From Gracilinanus agilis (lineage: Eukaryota): a stretch of DNA of 64,000 nucleotides. Below, piece after piece: positions 61,700 through 64,000 of this stretch. The notes under the pieces were generated by a model. The model saw only the letters and a list, made by a program, of their open reading frames with translations. It was not told where the DNA came from and did not search any database. The DNA lies in contig NC_058135.1 of assembly GCF_016433145.1 (NCBI RefSeq), positions 279,249,876 to 279,313,875 of the forward strand, given 5' to 3'. Every line of letters starts with the position of its first letter. Within the stretch, counting starts at the first letter, position 1. A program made the translations under genes and the position numbers.

Positions 61700-62640
61700 T
61701 GGCCACTTTGACTATCTTGGTCTCCACTTCTATATCTTTCACTTTTACTCTTTCTTCTTCTAAACTTCCCTTTTTCTGCCATAAGCACCATTGTCTTTCA
61801 AATCTTTCAGGTTTAGGATCCTGGAGTTATTCTGGACTCTTTACTCTTCCCTCATCCATGTAACCAATCATTGTTTCTACCCAATAATATTTCTAGCTTC
61901 TCAACAACTCTTGCATCTGATTCTTTGTCTTCACTCACACACCTATGACTTATTTAAGCTCTCATTGAGCCTCCCCTAGACTATTGTGATAGTCTTTCAA
62001 TTAATATCTCCACCTCAAGTTGGTCCTCATTCATGTCCATACTCCATTCTACCCACAAAGACATTTTCCTTAAGCATAGATTTGACCATGTGACTATCCC
62101 TACCTAGTCAATGCCAGTGACTTCCTATTGCCATTGTCATAAAATACATACCCCTTGTCTATCCCTACACACCTCATCTCCAAATTCTTTTTTGATTCAT
62201 TAAATTTTAGTCCCCCTTTCCCACTCTGTGATATAGCCAAACTGGTCTCCTCTCTATTCCTTAGAATATAAAGATCCATCCTTATACATTCACCCTGTCC
62301 ATCTTCTAGACCTGGAAAGCATTCTCTTCTTTACTCTTCCATATTGAGTTCCTTTCTTTCTTTAATATGTATCACAAGCATCATCTTCCGCATGAAACTT
62401 TTCCAGATTCCCCAAAAGAGTAAGTACTTTCCCTCCCAAATAAATTCTTTGCATATATTTACAGTATGTTTGTTCTCTTTATACTTATGGTCATATATTT
62501 ATAGAAACAGACACAAGACACATATTTGTATATATTTGTCTCCCCATTAGGATAGAAATTTCTTGAGAGTAGAGCTTATTTCATTATTTGTACTCGTATT
62601 CCATGTGCCTAGAATAGTACTTAGCATAGCACTTTCAATG
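61700..62640 (+). mobile_element. L2 3' fragment
   Basis: agactattgtgatagtc, gcatagatttgaccatgtgact, gtctccccattaggatagaaatttcttgagagtag. Confidence 0.65.
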
Positions 62641-63218
62641 CTACTTAGTGGTCACTTGTTTATTATAAAATAAGAGAGTTGGACTCATTTGACTTTTAAT
62701 ATAACTTCAAAGTTCTAGATCTAGGATCCTGGGATCAAAGCTCCCATGAAACTTCAGCCTAACTCACAGGTCATGGACAGTGGACTCTAGATTTAGGATG
62801 ATCCAAAAGAAGGAGATTTTTTTTTAACATATTAAAAAGATGCAAATGCCTTGTAGCCCTGCCTATGAGGGAAGTGGTTTCATCATCAAAGCCCTTAGGC
62901 TGTTGCTCAACCAAGGAAGCTGGATTTCATGCTATTGACTAGTGCTATAGAATATGGGACTTCAGGGAGCTAATTACTGAGGGACTGGAGAGTGGTCAGT
63001 AATGGGCCATAATATATCTCCTTCTTCTCTAGCATCTGGTGATATTAGGGCCAGAGGTTGGAGCTCTTCCTGGAGCTCTCTGAGCTACTTGAAGAGTTCT
63101 CCATTGTTTGGCCAATAAATACTTATTGATTGATTATGATGTACCCCCAACAGCACAGTATGTACTATGTGGCATAAAGAGGAAGAAAAGATGTGAGCTC
63201 TGCCCTAAGGATTCGGGT

Positions 63219-63383
63219 TCAGAGCTAGAAGAGACAACAGAGCACAGAATATCAGAACTAGGAAGGAATGTGGAAGAGAGAATGTCAGAGCTTGAGGGAA
63301 TATTAGAAAACTACAAGTCAGAGCTAGAAGGGACTTTAGAAAATATAATCTCATATGTGGAAGTGACATTTAAAGAAAGGGTA
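63219..63383 (+). repeat. Degenerate 33-bp tandem repeat, 5 units
   Basis: Units start at 63219, 63252, 63285, 63318, 63351 with tcagagctagaag-like heads. Confidence 0.75.
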
Positions 63384-64000
63384 TGGAATGTGTTAAAGTT
63401 GAAAGGTACCTTTGAGATAACTGAATTTAATAGATGAGAAACCAAAGTCCAAAAAGGGAACCTGATATACCCCAGGTCATAAAATGAATTCTAGGAAACA
63501 GGACAGTTGACAGAACTTTCTAATTTGATGTGAAGAAAATTAATCTATTGGAAAGTGATATAGATTTGGAGTTAAAGGACCTTGAGTTCCAACTCAAATT
63601 TTCTTGGGCAAGTCATTATGGAGATATGGATCTGTAAGTGGAAAGAACCTCCAAGATCATCTGGTCCAACCTCTTACATTTGACAGAAGAAGAAATTGAA
63701 GCCCAGAGTGGTTAAGTGATCTATTATTATAGGAACATTGGTCTAGAGTCAGAAGAGACATCAGAAACTATCCAGTCATATACTGAAGCCCAGACAGGGC
63801 TTAAAGTTTCAGACATAGAAAGTGTTAGAGGAAGGATTTGAGTCAAATTCCCCTGCCTGTGGAACCAGTGTTCAATTTTCCTTTATGGACCTCAATTTTC
63901 TTTTCTGCAAAATAAATGAGTTGAACTAGACCAGTAGCTTTCCAAGCATGGCCTGGTGACCTCTAGGTTTCCCCAAAACCTTTTTAGTGCATCTGCAAGG

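Larger units (their letters stand above)
23000..64000. repeat. Diverged tandem segmental duplication: unit A about 23.0-45.5 kb, unit B about 45.6->64 kb
   Basis: Colinear homologous blocks: 24090-26950/48030-50300, 27760-29670/50300-52690, 30420-31140/52690-53560, 32710-33460/54560-55330, OR CDSs, 35100-35600/57000-57450, 36200-37280/57770-58420, 43400-43665/59500-60168, 44870-45355/63545-64000. Confidence 0.9.

Noticed and set aside
1-64000. CRISPR arrays, operons, rRNA or functional tRNA genes
   Set aside because: Mammalian nuclear DNA. The only tRNA-like sequences are SINE heads and the NUMT tRNA-Glu.

Overview
Vertebrate genomic DNA, most likely a didelphid marsupial (opossum-like). This is inferred from SINE1_Mdo-type SINEs, marsupial-type LTRs and a marsupial-like mitochondrial insertion. 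The window is an olfactory receptor cluster with four intact single-exon family-10 OR genes, all on the minus strand: one OR10W1-like (1047-1997) and three OR10Q-like (15219-16181, 34053-35000, 55914-56861). The last two lie in a diverged tandem duplication (about 23-46 kb versus 46->64 kb). The rest is repeat-rich: SINEs, L1, L2, CR1/L3, hAT MITEs and solo LTRs. Less obvious contents: (1) five copies of two conserved non-repeat promoter/first-exon modules for three genes; (2) a YAG|GTGAG acceptor-donor overlap just before all three OR10Q start codons; (3) a betaretrovirus (JSRV/MMTV-like) env TM remnant with two polypurine tracts and a 3' LTR, lying sense in an OR intron; (4) a rearranged ND6-tRNA-Glu-CYTB NUMT with terminal redundancy and inverted flanks; (5) a 55-bp near-perfect hairpin; (6) an L1 with an apparent 3' transduction. 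All alignments were made by eye. Repeat family names are approximate and need RepeatMasker/Dfam confirmation.
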